IMG/VR virus record: IMGVR_UViG_3300004151_000006 | Location: 124,001-188,000 of that record | Strand: one strand, 5' to 3' | DNA: 64,000 nucleotides | In this document: positions 29,324-39,391 of the stretch, in pieces | Numbering within the stretch: position 1 is the stretch's first letter | How the letters are laid out: every line of letters starts with the position of its first letter | The notes under the pieces: generated by a model | Seen by the model: only the letters and a program-made list of their open reading frames with translations | Told to the model about the DNA's origin: nothing | Databases searched by the model: none | Program-made: the position numbers and the translations under genes

Positions 29324-30727
29324 TTATTTCTTCGTATCCACTACTTTAGGTTTGGATTTAAGTTCACTCAACTTAGATAAAATATCTACAGTAGACATAT
29401 ATGGTCTATCATCTTTAGAGGTAGTCCAATATCCACGGGTATTTAAAATGTCTTTAGCAATAGCTTTATCACCAGTGAGCCTATCTGCTACTTCTAAAAT
29501 AGGCATATTCATAGAAGGATCCATGTTAGCAGTGAACCAATAGTTTTGAATGAAAGCTATCTGAGTCGTGAGTTCTAAAGCTCTACGAAACATATAATCT
29601 TCATCACCCATCTTTCGAATATTTTGTCTAGTTACACTTTTTTCAGGATAGAGCATAAGTTTTGGTGATCTACTATTGGGATCAAGTAATCCATATCCTT
29701 TCATTTGTTTGAGATAATGATAATTTGTGACTTCATTGAGGATACCTTGATACTGCGAAACAATAAATGGTAAAGTAGCACCACCAGCATTATTTTTCAC
29801 TTTAACAAATGTGGTAGAGACTTCATTGACTTCGGTATCAGGTGCATTTCCATGTGGCGCAGGATATTCAGATTTTTTATTACCATCTAAAAGTACTGTG
29901 GCTTTCTTATTTTGCAATAATGTAGAAGCTAAAAATTCAAAGCTCCCACCTACATTTTTAAAAGTCTGATCAGCTTTCATAAATTGCATATCTTTAGTGG
30001 GATGTGCCATAGCACTCATATTCTTTTTCTCATCAATGTGTGCAGTACAAATAAAATAGAGTCCATATTTTGCAGCTAATGTGGGAATGGTTCTATTAAT
30101 ACGTGTCTTAACTAATCCTTCTTTCATGAAGATTGTATTCATATCTGAACTATCAGTTTTAATCTTATTGTCTTCATATCTATCAGACACTGATGTAACT
30201 GTAGCATTAGACCAACTATCAGTATATGCAATAGTTGGTTTCCACATGAGATAGGGTTTCATAGTCTTTAAATTGAGAAAAGGTGATTCAATTAAATAAT
30301 CTTTTTTATGTAATTCACGTTCTTTACAATACGGTAAGATCACCTTATCATAAAATTCATCTAATGTCATTTGTGCACTGCTGATAAATAGGATCCTATC
30401 ACTAACAGGTTTTTCATATATTGGTACAAAATCATCATAACGAGTAGCCGATGTAATAGTTTGTTCTGATTCAAAGACTATACCTTCAGCTTCTTTATAA
30501 ATAGCTAAAATACGTGCTAAGATAGATCCTGCTGCACCAGACTTATAAAGTCCTGTTTGACCACCAATGACAGTAGAACAATGGATACCACCATTGAGAT
30601 ACATGTGATCACCAAGACCATGTACAAATTTACCAGTAGCAAGATCGACCATAGTACCAGTGTTGAGATATGGAATAAATGACATATCATCATCAACGAT
30701 ATCCCGAAACTTGTCAATGAGTCCCAT
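29324..30727 (-). CDS. uvsX: UvsX/RecA-like recombinase
   Basis: LNTGTMVDLATG, P-loop GQTGLYKS, YTDSW, CTAH; phiKZ-type size. Confidence 0.8.
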   Translation of the reverse strand: MGLIDKFRDIVDDDMSFIPYLNTGTMVDLATGKFVHGLGDHMYLNGGIHCSTVIGGQTGLYKSGAAGSILARILAIYKEAEGIVFESEQTITSATRYDDFVPIYEKPVSDRILFISSAQMTLDEFYDKVILPYCKERELHKKDYLIESPFLNLKTMKPYLMWKPTIAYTDSWSNATVTSVSDRYEDNKIKTDSSDMNTIFMKEGLVKTRINRTIPTLAAKYGLYFICTAHIDEKKNMSAMAHPTKDMQFMKADQTFKNVGGSFEFLASTLLQNKKATVLLDGNKKSEYPAPHGNAPDTEVNEVSTTFVKVKNNAGGATLPFIVSQYQGILNEVTNYHYLKQMKGYGLLDPNSRSPKLMLYPEKSVTRQNIRKMGDEDYMFRRALELTTQIAFIQNYWFTANMDPSMNMPILEVADRLTGDKAIAKDILNTRGYWTTSKDDRPYMSTVDILSKLSELKSKPKVVDTKK

Positions 30728-30739
30728 ACTTAACCTACC

Positions 30740-31129
30740 TTAAGATTTATCCGGATCCACAAGATAATACACTGGTTTATCTGGTCCCATGGGGTGTTTC
30801 GCATAATTTATTTCGCTACGAGTGGATTCACCAATATATCCACCAAGATTGACTACAAATACAAAATCAGCTAAATCAATTTTCCCTTTATGTAAAATAT
30901 CAAGATTCTTTTTTTGTTCTTCAGTATATTCCATTTTATCGGCATGATTATATCCAACTACAGTTAGCACTATATATCCCATCAAACCAAAAGCAATTTC
31001 AGCTTCTTGAAATTCTAATTTGAATTTAGTGGAACCACAAAGACAAACTATTTTAGGAATACGGTCGATATGTGAATCCATTGGATGGGGTGGGAAAGGA
31101 TCGGGGTATTTACTCAGATCAATCTGCAT
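30740..31129 (-). CDS. DUF4406-like / nucleoside deoxyribosyltransferase-fold protein
   Basis: IVCLCGS.KF, HKGKIDLAD.VFVVN.GGYIGEST.SEI.YA. Confidence 0.65.
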   Translation of the reverse strand: MQIDLSKYPDPFPPHPMDSHIDRIPKIVCLCGSTKFKLEFQEAEIAFGLMGYIVLTVVGYNHADKMEYTEEQKKNLDILHKGKIDLADFVFVVNLGGYIGESTRSEINYAKHPMGPDKPVYYLVDPDKS

Positions 31130-31212
31130 TGTGATTCTCCTTTTGATTTATATTTTAGAGTCAAATGATAGACATTTTTTATAAATCATCACATTGAATT
31201 GTATCATTTACC

Positions 31213-31221
31213 ATCTTATGA
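31213..31221 (+). promoter_or_regulatory. Putative late promoter of the fibre gene
   Basis: ATCTTATGA. Confidence 0.5.
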
Positions 31222-31278
31222 TCCTACAGATCATTGTGGGAAATATATGACACCATCTCCAAAGTGAGGGATACCCAT

Positions 31279-33258
31279 ATGGCAGATAGTAAAGTCATCC
31301 AGGATATCATGGATAATCTCCAAGATACCTCTGAAACTTTGATGAAAGTAGCTGCAGATGTAGCTGCCCAGGCTGAAGCCCTGGCTGAACATAACACTGC
31401 TTCAGGTTCACATCCTTATATTTTACAGAAAATTGAAGATCTGGATTCTGTCTCTATGGCAGATCTCAATGACGCTATCACCACACATTCAAACAATACA
31501 AGTGCACATGCTAATATTATTACTCAAATCACGCAGACCACTGGTACTAACACCACCAGTGCTATAGGTACTCACAATACTTCTCAAAGTGCACATCCTG
31601 ATCTTCGCAACACTATCAATACTCTCAATACTGAAATGGCTACAGTGAGAAATTATCGGGTGTACATTGAACAATTGGATGATCTCTTTGGTGGTGGAGG
31701 TGGGACTATCTCTCTTCCTGCTATCCAAGGTATGGAGACACGTCTCACTACTGCAGAATACACTATTAATACCATCAATACACGTGTTGGTGATCTTACT
31801 CCTCGTGTGACTACCTTAGAGACTTCACAAACTCAACAAAATCAGAGATTAGATACTATTGAAACTCAAGTATCTCAACATACTGCAGATATCAGTGAAT
31901 TGAAAATACGTATGGATATTGCTGAAACTAAAATCAGCTCATTCTCAGGTAGTTCTCCTGATATGGTAAATCTGATTCATAATGTACCGGCTTATGTAAA
32001 GGCTAATACGCAATACAATGTAACATTCAGCGGTGTTGAGTTTGATGCTGGACAGACTTTAGCATTTTCTATTGAATCACCAACATCAGGTATTTCATTT
32101 TCAAAGACTGTTGGTATTACACAAAGTGAAACTATTGTGATGACTATTGCTGCAGGTGTGGCACCCAATACAGTATTGCAATTTGTATTACGTGGTACAC
32201 TTTCTCCAAGTAATGATACTAATGCTATTACTATTATCACTCGTGTGGCAGTACTCCCAGATATGACTAGTTTTACTGTATCTGGTATTGGTGAAACTTC
32301 TATTGCTGGTGTGGCATATGCTTATAGTTTTACTCCGGCTATTGATTCTCAAGGTAATACCATCACATATGGTGTGGCATCTTGTTCTTCTGGTACTTGT
32401 ACTCTTGATAATGCAACTAAACAGGGTGTCTTCACTCCTGCTGCAAATACTCCAAGTGGTACTGTGGTGAATATTGTATTCCGTGCTACTACTGTAAATG
32501 GATATAGTGATAAAACTATCACTACAAATATTGCTGCATCTGTGAATATTACTGGGCTCAGCTCTACTCATCCCCTTATTTCAAAACCCAATAACTATAT
32601 CAGTTTTAGTTTAAATGGTGCTACTTCTTCTGCTGGTGGTATCCGGTATAGTGTCGCTCCAAAATCAGGTAGTGTCATCGCTTTTACACCCAATACTGGA
32701 ATTTCAAACAATGATCCCATTACTATGATTGTGCCCACCAATGCTTCCCGTGGTACTGATCAAACATTTGTTGTCACTGTGACTGATGCTGTCGGTGCTA
32801 CTGCTATTAAAGAATTTGTTGTAAAGATAAATTCACTTCCAGTGTCTAGTGGTATTGTTATTAACGGTATTAGCGGTGCTGTAAACTCTGGATCGACTTT
32901 AAATGTATCCTTTAGTAATGGAACTGATGCTGATAATCAAACTCTTAAATATGGTATATATAATCAAACACGCAGTAATGTACTTTTTAGTAAGAAAAAT
33001 GATATCACTGCAAATGAAACGATAAACATTACCCTGGATTATATCACTGAAAATACAACATTTATGTTTGATGTACAAGTAACTGATACTTTAGGTGAAA
33101 TTAGTACAGATCTTAAAACTATATATATTGAAATGCTTCCAGTATATATTGCACAGACACCTGAAATCACTTATCCCACCGATAATGCAGTACTCTCTTC
33201 AGATGCAGTGACATTTGCATTCAGTGAACTGGTAGTCACTACTGCCACTGGTGCATAA
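31279..33258 (+). CDS. Tail fibre-like protein (His-motif repeats, coiled coil, Ig-like domains)
   Basis: HNTASGSHP, HSNNTSAHA, HNTSQSAHP; coiled coil; Thr/Ser-rich beta-sandwich repeats (TDADNQTLKY, VTDTLG). Confidence 0.7.
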   Translation: MADSKVIQDIMDNLQDTSETLMKVAADVAAQAEALAEHNTASGSHPYILQKIEDLDSVSMADLNDAITTHSNNTSAHANIITQITQTTGTNTTSAIGTHNTSQSAHPDLRNTINTLNTEMATVRNYRVYIEQLDDLFGGGGGTISLPAIQGMETRLTTAEYTINTINTRVGDLTPRVTTLETSQTQQNQRLDTIETQVSQHTADISELKIRMDIAETKISSFSGSSPDMVNLIHNVPAYVKANTQYNVTFSGVEFDAGQTLAFSIESPTSGISFSKTVGITQSETIVMTIAAGVAPNTVLQFVLRGTLSPSNDTNAITIITRVAVLPDMTSFTVSGIGETSIAGVAYAYSFTPAIDSQGNTITYGVASCSSGTCTLDNATKQGVFTPAANTPSGTVVNIVFRATTVNGYSDKTITTNIAASVNITGLSSTHPLISKPNNYISFSLNGATSSAGGIRYSVAPKSGSVIAFTPNTGISNNDPITMIVPTNASRGTDQTFVVTVTDAVGATAIKEFVVKINSLPVSSGIVINGISGAVNSGSTLNVSFSNGTDADNQTLKYGIYNQTRSNVLFSKKNDITANETINITLDYITENTTFMFDVQVTDTLGEISTDLKTIYIEMLPVYIAQTPEITYPTDNAVLSSDAVTFAFSELVVTTATGA

Positions 33259-33260
33259 AA

Positions 33261-33300
33261 TATATCCATGGGTGGGGAGCAATCCCCACCCATGGATATA
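33261..33300. terminator. Hairpin after the fibre gene
   Basis: TATATCCATGGGTGGGGA-GCAA-TCCCCACCCATGGATATA. Confidence 0.6.
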
Positions 33301-33358
33301 TAAAAATGTATCTAATATGTATCTCTTATGATTTCAAATACTACAGGAGGAAATCATT

Positions 33359-34066
33359 ATGAGTAAATATCTACTCCTTATCTCTAAATCCAATGAACAT
33401 ATGCACCATATGTGTTCTATTGATGAATGGAATAATCTCTCTCCAGAAGATCATGAAAATTATACTAAAGTCACTGTAGAGAATGATCCACCCCAATATG
33501 ATGTATTTAATGAAATGGCTATCGTTGGTGATATCAAGGAACTTATTTTAAATATCAACACTGAAACGAATAGTGTGAAAGCTGATTGGAAGATCATCCC
33601 AGTTCAATCTCATGTAAAAATTGAACGTATCAATCAATACAATCACATCATGATAAAAAATTATTCAGATGCATTTATCAAATTTCTTAACCAACAGAGA
33701 AATACATATTTATACACTACGAGATCTAAAGTAGGTGATAAACATTATGAATTACTTATGGATCTTGAAATGATTTACAATGAATTTCAGAATAGAAATT
33801 TAAGATATCCATTTGTATTTCCAGTCAATGAACTCATCAAGATGGAATCACCAGATATTATTGATCCCATTGAACCAGATAAACAACAGTTTATGCGTAT
33901 ACCTGGATACATTGAATTTGATGGATTTGCTATGCAACAATTGATGTTTGAATATAAAAAGAAAATCAAAGAAGCTTATGCGGATTTTGGTAAACGTATC
34001 AAAGAAGACCATATTTCAAATTATGCTGATTTGATACGACATTATAAAGTGAATACTCAACAATAA
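33359..34066 (+). CDS. Hypothetical protein (possible fibre chaperone)
   Basis: AGGAGG RBS; follows the fibre gene; late-type motif variant at 33323. Confidence 0.55.
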   Translation: MSKYLLLISKSNEHMHHMCSIDEWNNLSPEDHENYTKVTVENDPPQYDVFNEMAIVGDIKELILNINTETNSVKADWKIIPVQSHVKIERINQYNHIMIKNYSDAFIKFLNQQRNTYLYTTRSKVGDKHYELLMDLEMIYNEFQNRNLRYPFVFPVNELIKMESPDIIDPIEPDKQQFMRIPGYIEFDGFAMQQLMFEYKKKIKEAYADFGKRIKEDHISNYADLIRHYKVNTQQ

Positions 34067-34069
34067 CAT

Positions 34070-34099
34070 GATAGGGATGCCCCATGGGGCATCCCTATC
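34070..34099. terminator. Loopless palindrome between convergent genes
   Basis: GATAGGGATGCCCCATGGGGCATCCCTATC. Confidence 0.65.
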
Positions 34100-34104
34100 T
34101 AGCA

Positions 34105-34605
34105 TCAAGGAAAGTAAGTGTGAGGTGTAATACACAAATCAATATCTTTCTCTTTTCTACGTAAAAATACTTCAGTATTGATTGCATCATTTAACTGAAT
34201 TGGTGTATACCACCGATCTTGTACATATTTAAAATTTGATCTCAAGGCATGTAAACAAAACTCAGTACAGAACCATCTGTAAGTACTATTAGCTAAAGCA
34301 ATGAATGGGCCCAATAACAAAGCTATCCAATCATATTTACACCCTTCTTCATGTTTGCATATTTCCATGATAAGTTGTTCTTCTTCTTTAGTGATCCATT
34401 CAAGATTGTGCACTCTCCACTTTTCTCTATTATCGAGATCTTTAATAGTAGTGAATCTTGTACCACCATCACTGGGTGATGCACCAAATACCATATTGTT
34501 ACTAAAGACCAATTCACAGTGATAGCATTTATCACGGGTAACAAATTTGATCAGACGATCAATATAATCCTCTGGATCCCCGATCCTAAATGCTATACGC
34601 ATCAT
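34105..34605 (-). CDS. Permuted NlpC/P60 (YiiX-like) protein
   Basis: YHCELVF, GCKYDW, RWFCTEF (His before Cys). Confidence 0.7.
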   Translation of the reverse strand: MMRIAFRIGDPEDYIDRLIKFVTRDKCYHCELVFSNNMVFGASPSDGGTRFTTIKDLDNREKWRVHNLEWITKEEEQLIMEICKHEEGCKYDWIALLLGPFIALANSTYRWFCTEFCLHALRSNFKYVQDRWYTPIQLNDAINTEVFLRRKEKDIDLCITPHTYFP

Positions 34606-34820
34606 GACGTGGCTGCTGAAATGGAGATATCTGCCATATGATTGCATTTTGAACAATAAGTGTTAGCTACTAAAGTAGATCCATTTTTATTGATAAAAGT
34701 TTTTCCACCAACGACCAATTTACTACCACAAATAGGACAATAGTTGAGCATTGGAGGTTTGATAGCTTTAGCTGTAACAGCTTTAGCATCTGCATCAGTG
34801 ATAGTGATCTCAGGACACAT
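34602..34820 (-). CDS. Small zinc-ribbon protein
   Basis: YCPICG...YCSKC; GGAGG RBS before ATG 34820. Confidence 0.6.
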   Translation of the reverse strand: MCPEITITDADAKAVTAKAIKPPMLNYCPICGSKLVVGGKTFINKNGSTLVANTYCSKCNHMADISISAATS

Positions 34821-35376
34821 ATTCAAATTCCTCCATGACTTGAGCAATAGCAGCAGCTTTAAGTGCAGCAGCTGATTGATAATCGAGTGCAATAGCAGCA
34901 GCTAGATCATTTTTATTTTCCATCTTAGCAGCTAACCATGCACTTTGAAGACCCTGTAAGATAGGCGTGAATTCATCTTCGATTGCTTTGAGTCTAAGGG
35001 CTAATGCAGTCTCTGGATCAGTGGGATCTTGTGGATCCAATACATCCAATCTACTTTTGAGCTCAGTCACTTTTGTATTTACATCAGCGATAGCAGTCAA
35101 GAGACTGGGGTGTGCAGTGCTGATCCCATCATGTGTACTGACCATTTGAGTCATCATCGTAGTGGCATCATTGACTAAAATAAATCCAGTAGCATCGACT
35201 ACATCTGTAATCAAATCACGGATATCAGGGTGTGCTTCTTCTGAAGATTCATGGTCCATCAATGATTGTTTTACATTATCAAGTTTTGTACAAGCAGTTT
35301 GTAATTCAGCTATAGCAGCATTAACTGCATTAAGTAACCCCTGTTCAGATAACTTATCGCCAATGGTATCGCCCAT
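34810..35376 (-). CDS. Fibre-associated coiled-coil protein
   Basis: HESSEEAHPDIR and HDGISTAHP motifs shared with the fibre at 31279. Confidence 0.6.
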   Translation of the reverse strand: MGDTIGDKLSEQGLLNAVNAAIAELQTACTKLDNVKQSLMDHESSEEAHPDIRDLITDVVDATGFILVNDATTMMTQMVSTHDGISTAHPSLLTAIADVNTKVTELKSRLDVLDPQDPTDPETALALRLKAIEDEFTPILQGLQSAWLAAKMENKNDLAAAIALDYQSAAALKAAAIAQVMEEFEYVS

Positions 35377-35389
35377 GACATTTACTCCT

Positions 35390-37084
35390 TTAAGGATTCT
35401 GTGCTACTGGAATTTCCAGTGCAGTGATACGGCTTTGCATATCAGTCAATGTATTGGTAAGTGTAGCTACAGCATTTTGTAATCGGAGAACTATGTTCGC
35501 AGTAACATCTTCAGTACGTACACGTGTAACGATATATGGGATCAGTTGATCGGAAATATTAAAGGGGATAGTTGGGATGTAATATTGATTCCTGAGATGT
35601 GTAAAGAGTTGTACATCTTTAAGACCAATGGTCCCAGTACCAGTCCAATCAACAATAGTAAATCTATATTTACTCATAATGACACTATCTGACACTACAG
35701 CCAATTTAAACTTCCCATAGGTCTCAGTATTTATATCAAAGGTTTTATCGTGGAGTGTATGCCACTGTGTTCCATCATAACCTTCTACCAACCAATGAAT
35801 GGGTCTAACACCATCAGGCTTAGGATAAATAGTATATGCTGATATGATATTATTCAATCCAGTCACTTCAAAATATTCAGCTACAGCAGCGTTATCAGTC
35901 TGATCACTATTCCAAGAGATAGTGTTGTTTACATTAGCAATAGAGTGTGGATCTGGAGTAGTCACTACTACACCAGTCAAGTCATCTATTTTGTCATATT
36001 CATATTGGATGAGTCCATATAAATCGGGTTCAATATATACATTCAAGAGTCTACCATCTACTGGCACTCTATTGATAGGGGTCACTTTTGTATCTCTTGT
36101 CATGTAAATGATATCACCGATCTCTTCATGCTTCATTCCAATACCAAGATCTTTAAAAGGGACCACATAGACAAACCCCTTAGGAGCTTCGATATTGGGC
36201 ATCATGAGACTGTTTTTATTGCGTCCATAGAGATAGAGTCTTTTGAGACCAGGAGTGAGTGTAGCATCTTCAGTCATATACCATTGAGAAAAAGTAAATT
36301 TGATATGTTTGACTTCAGTAGGAGTGGGAGTATCATAGCTACGATCTTCACCAGTCTGCCATTTAGGCTCATCAGTGATAGTCTCTATCTCATACCAAGT
36401 GATACCATCTAAAGATCCTTCGAGTGTCCATTGTTTGGGTGAAGGAGCATCCATGAATGGTGCACTGACATGACCTAATCGAGAGATGATATCATATCCA
36501 TCTAAGATATAAGTATCAAGTCCTTTGAATTCGATAGTGAGTGTACAAGTAGTGGTACCAGCATCTGTGATCCATTGATCTGTGACCCAATGAACATTTT
36601 CTACATCTATTGGTTTATTGAATATATTCCAAGCATAGAGATTTTCATCGACACTACTGGCAGTCACTTGGACGATAGTCATATCACCATCTGTGATGAC
36701 TGGATTGATACGGACACTCTCACTATAGACTTCTTCCAGACTAAGAGCTATATCACCAGTGACTATTTGACCTTCTAATGGAATAAGTTCTGGGTAAATA
36801 GATAAAGCTTTCCTTTGGATGAGTCTTGGCATAGTCCGATACCACTTCTCATCAAATCCACCCATATGTTCATGACCTACACCACTATATTGATTGGGAT
36901 GTCTATGTGGGGGAGTGAGATCAAATGTCTGACCACACCCAATTTTAAACTCTTGTGTCGTAGTATTGTAGACTGGTACACCAGGTGGGATGGGCTTTGT
37001 CATAGCCCTCAAATTAGCATCAGTATCCGCAGGTACGTTAGTCAGTAACGTAGCTGTGTTTTTCTTTGTCTTACTACCAGCCAT
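35390..37084 (-). CDS. Tail protein with two discoidin/F5-8-like domains
   Basis: PKQWTLEGSLDGITW and PIHWLVEGYDGTQW; YNTTTQEFKIG; tail-collar-like segments. Confidence 0.65.
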   Translation of the reverse strand: MAGSKTKKNTATLLTNVPADTDANLRAMTKPIPPGVPVYNTTTQEFKIGCGQTFDLTPPHRHPNQYSGVGHEHMGGFDEKWYRTMPRLIQRKALSIYPELIPLEGQIVTGDIALSLEEVYSESVRINPVITDGDMTIVQVTASSVDENLYAWNIFNKPIDVENVHWVTDQWITDAGTTTCTLTIEFKGLDTYILDGYDIISRLGHVSAPFMDAPSPKQWTLEGSLDGITWYEIETITDEPKWQTGEDRSYDTPTPTEVKHIKFTFSQWYMTEDATLTPGLKRLYLYGRNKNSLMMPNIEAPKGFVYVVPFKDLGIGMKHEEIGDIIYMTRDTKVTPINRVPVDGRLLNVYIEPDLYGLIQYEYDKIDDLTGVVVTTPDPHSIANVNNTISWNSDQTDNAAVAEYFEVTGLNNIISAYTIYPKPDGVRPIHWLVEGYDGTQWHTLHDKTFDINTETYGKFKLAVVSDSVIMSKYRFTIVDWTGTGTIGLKDVQLFTHLRNQYYIPTIPFNISDQLIPYIVTRVRTEDVTANIVLRLQNAVATLTNTLTDMQSRITALEIPVAQNP

Positions 37085-37110
37085 GTGATGGATCTCCTTT
37101 TAAAAAAGAT

Positions 37111-37338
37111 TTATTGACTATCGGATTCGAAAGCAGTCTGACACTGGATACAACGTGTAGTGTGTGGTACAGCGATCACACGTTTAGCTGGGATGATCCC
37201 ACCACAGTCTTCACAATACCTCTCACCATTGATATCTGTATATTTAATGGATTGAGATTTGAGCATGGCCTGATGTGCTTGTATACACATCTGATCATGA
37301 TGACTCGACTGTTCATATGCCAAATCGCATGCATCCAT
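37111..37338 (-). CDS. traR: TraR/DksA-family C4 zinc finger protein
   Basis: N-terminal DACDLA (DxxDxA) and CEDCG..IP..R....P...RCIQCQ. Confidence 0.9.
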   Translation of the reverse strand: MDACDLAYEQSSHHDQMCIQAHQAMLKSQSIKYTDINGERYCEDCGGIIPAKRVIAVPHTTRCIQCQTAFESDSQ

Positions 37339-37377
37339 GTATGAGATCCTTTTGATGTCATATGGTGTAGTAAAAAC

Positions 37378-37386
37378 CTATAAGAT
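37378..37386 (-). promoter_or_regulatory. Putative late promoter of the traR-tail operon
   Basis: ATCTTATAG on -. Confidence 0.45.
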
Positions 37387-37422
37387 GCTTTAAAATCTAC
37401 TCTTGTTTTTCATTAGATGTTG

Positions 37423-37435
37423 AAATATATATCAT
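37423..37435 (+). promoter_or_regulatory. Putative early promoter
   Basis: AAATATATATCAT. Confidence 0.65.
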
Positions 37436-37456
37436 ATTTTTGGAGGTAAACAATAT

Positions 37457-38272
37457 ATGCATTTTCATCAGCCATACACACCTACCATACGTTTTGCTAC
37501 AAGTTGTCCCAGCACATATAAATTCAATTTTAATATTGGGCTCATACGGAATCTTGAATTAGATTTTACATCACCAATATTTGTTAGTGTAGAATACAAT
37601 GAAATACACACACTCTTACGATTTACATTTACTAACGATATCACATCTATTCAACATGCAAATCGATCCACTGTCTTAAAGACGTGTATGGAAATACGTA
37701 ATACATATGTATTTGATTGGCTCTTTTCTACATTTACAAAAGATATGATACATAATCAAAGATACAAACTCCTTGCAGATGGAAAAAATATATTCATATT
37801 AAATATCAATAAAAATGATATACTATTATTTTTGGAATATGATAATTTAACTTGGACACATTTTAAATCAAATGCTAGCAATTTATCCAATGCTGTCATT
37901 TCGATACATGAAATCTCTACACGTACTGATATTAATACACCACATAATATTCGATTAGCCAATTGGACAAATGTTACTGCAAATATATTGGATCTCCCTA
38001 TTCTAAAGAGTGCTACATTTGACTATGATACTGATCTCAATAAATATGTCATTGTATTTAATAGAAAGTTTGATTATCACAAAATCAGATATGAACCTAC
38101 ACGTCAACAATACACTATGGGCATACCAGTATTTATCTATGTTAAATTAAGGACACATTTTCATATCACTGATAAAAATAAGACACATAAATTTCATCTC
38201 ATTAAACACCCCACACGTACAAATACTGCTATTATAAATGCACATATTTTATCTAAAGCAGAATTGATCTAG
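37457..38272 (+). CDS. Early hypothetical protein
   Basis: Early promoter at 37423, GGAGG RBS. Confidence 0.65.
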   Translation: MHFHQPYTPTIRFATSCPSTYKFNFNIGLIRNLELDFTSPIFVSVEYNEIHTLLRFTFTNDITSIQHANRSTVLKTCMEIRNTYVFDWLFSTFTKDMIHNQRYKLLADGKNIFILNINKNDILLFLEYDNLTWTHFKSNASNLSNAVISIHEISTRTDINTPHNIRLANWTNVTANILDLPILKSATFDYDTDLNKYVIVFNRKFDYHKIRYEPTRQQYTMGIPVFIYVKLRTHFHITDKNKTHKFHLIKHPTRTNTAIINAHILSKAELI

Positions 38273-38308
38273 GATACATTGATCTAGATATACTGATAGG
38301 AGCTACTC

Positions 38309-38686
38309 ATGCTCTTTACTTCATATTTTGCTAGGAGTAGAGACTTTCCATCTACTGCTAGGCAGATAGCCATCTGTAGGTATCCACCCAAATGGTACAC
38401 TGGATATGTCTATCCACAACTAGCACCTACAGCTTCTCTCTTAGAGAGATACAAAGCAAAGGAGATCACTGAAGAACAATATAAAGATATCTATTGGTCA
38501 GAGACTCTCTCACTGTTTGTACCAGAGCATCTCTATCCATATCTGGACACTGGTCCACTCACTTTCATCTTGTGTCATGAGGAATCTACCGTGTTCTGTC
38601 ATAGACATCTGGTAGCACAATGGATCAATCTCTCTTATGGGGAGACTCTTGTCACTGAGTATACTGGATCAAAAGGAGATAGATAG
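38309..38686 (+). CDS. DUF488-family protein
   Basis: FTSYFA, ICRYPPKW, LAPT, LCHE...FCHRHLVA. Confidence 0.75.
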   Translation: MLFTSYFARSRDFPSTARQIAICRYPPKWYTGYVYPQLAPTASLLERYKAKEITEEQYKDIYWSETLSLFVPEHLYPYLDTGPLTFILCHEESTVFCHRHLVAQWINLSYGETLVTEYTGSKGDR

Positions 38687-39391
38687 ATGATAGCACCAAT
38701 ACAACATAAGGTAGAATGGAAAGTACCAAAAGACGTCAGAGAGCTGACAAAGATCACTACCTATATATCTAAACCCACCCATGATAATGTCCCAATCTAT
38801 CTGAAATACAATATCAATGAAAAGTATACTGGTGCATATAGTGGTTATATCTTTCGTACACACACAGCTATGATGAATGTCCTCAACCGTGTACACTACT
38901 ATCGGATGCAAGCCAGGACTGCTACTACATTTGGACTCAAAGATGTCACAGATCATCCTTTCTCACAGCCTGGAGCATATGGTACATATATCGATACGAT
39001 CTATCAAAAGAGTGTGTGTGAGGATGGTGTAGTCTATCCATTCATCTTCTATGATCTCCATCTCTGTAGTGCAGATGCTCTTCATAGTGAAGATATAGAT
39101 GAGATCCATACATCGATCCATGATGACTATGAAGCTACAGTAGAAGAGTATATTAGATATAAAGATAAATTGGTAGATGGATTTTCATTGGTGACTCTCC
39201 TTCGATTTGATAAGTTCGAGATCATCGTAGCGTCTAAGATGGGTACACATGTAGATAGTCTGGAGGTATTTGAAGTGAAAGATGATACCACCCCAATGGA
39301 AAATAGAGTATATGTAGCACTAGGACATTGTCATCTCAACAGACCTACTATCCCACCTCTACGTGTCAAGAAAGATAGGAGCAATACATGA
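38687..39391 (+). CDS. Hypothetical protein, tandem paralog A
   Basis: Shares LKY, VLNR.HYY, PGA and RFDKFEI..ASKMG.H with the next ORF. Confidence 0.7.
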   Translation: MIAPIQHKVEWKVPKDVRELTKITTYISKPTHDNVPIYLKYNINEKYTGAYSGYIFRTHTAMMNVLNRVHYYRMQARTATTFGLKDVTDHPFSQPGAYGTYIDTIYQKSVCEDGVVYPFIFYDLHLCSADALHSEDIDEIHTSIHDDYEATVEEYIRYKDKLVDGFSLVTLLRFDKFEIIVASKMGTHVDSLEVFEVKDDTTPMENRVYVALGHCHLNRPTIPPLRVKKDRSNT

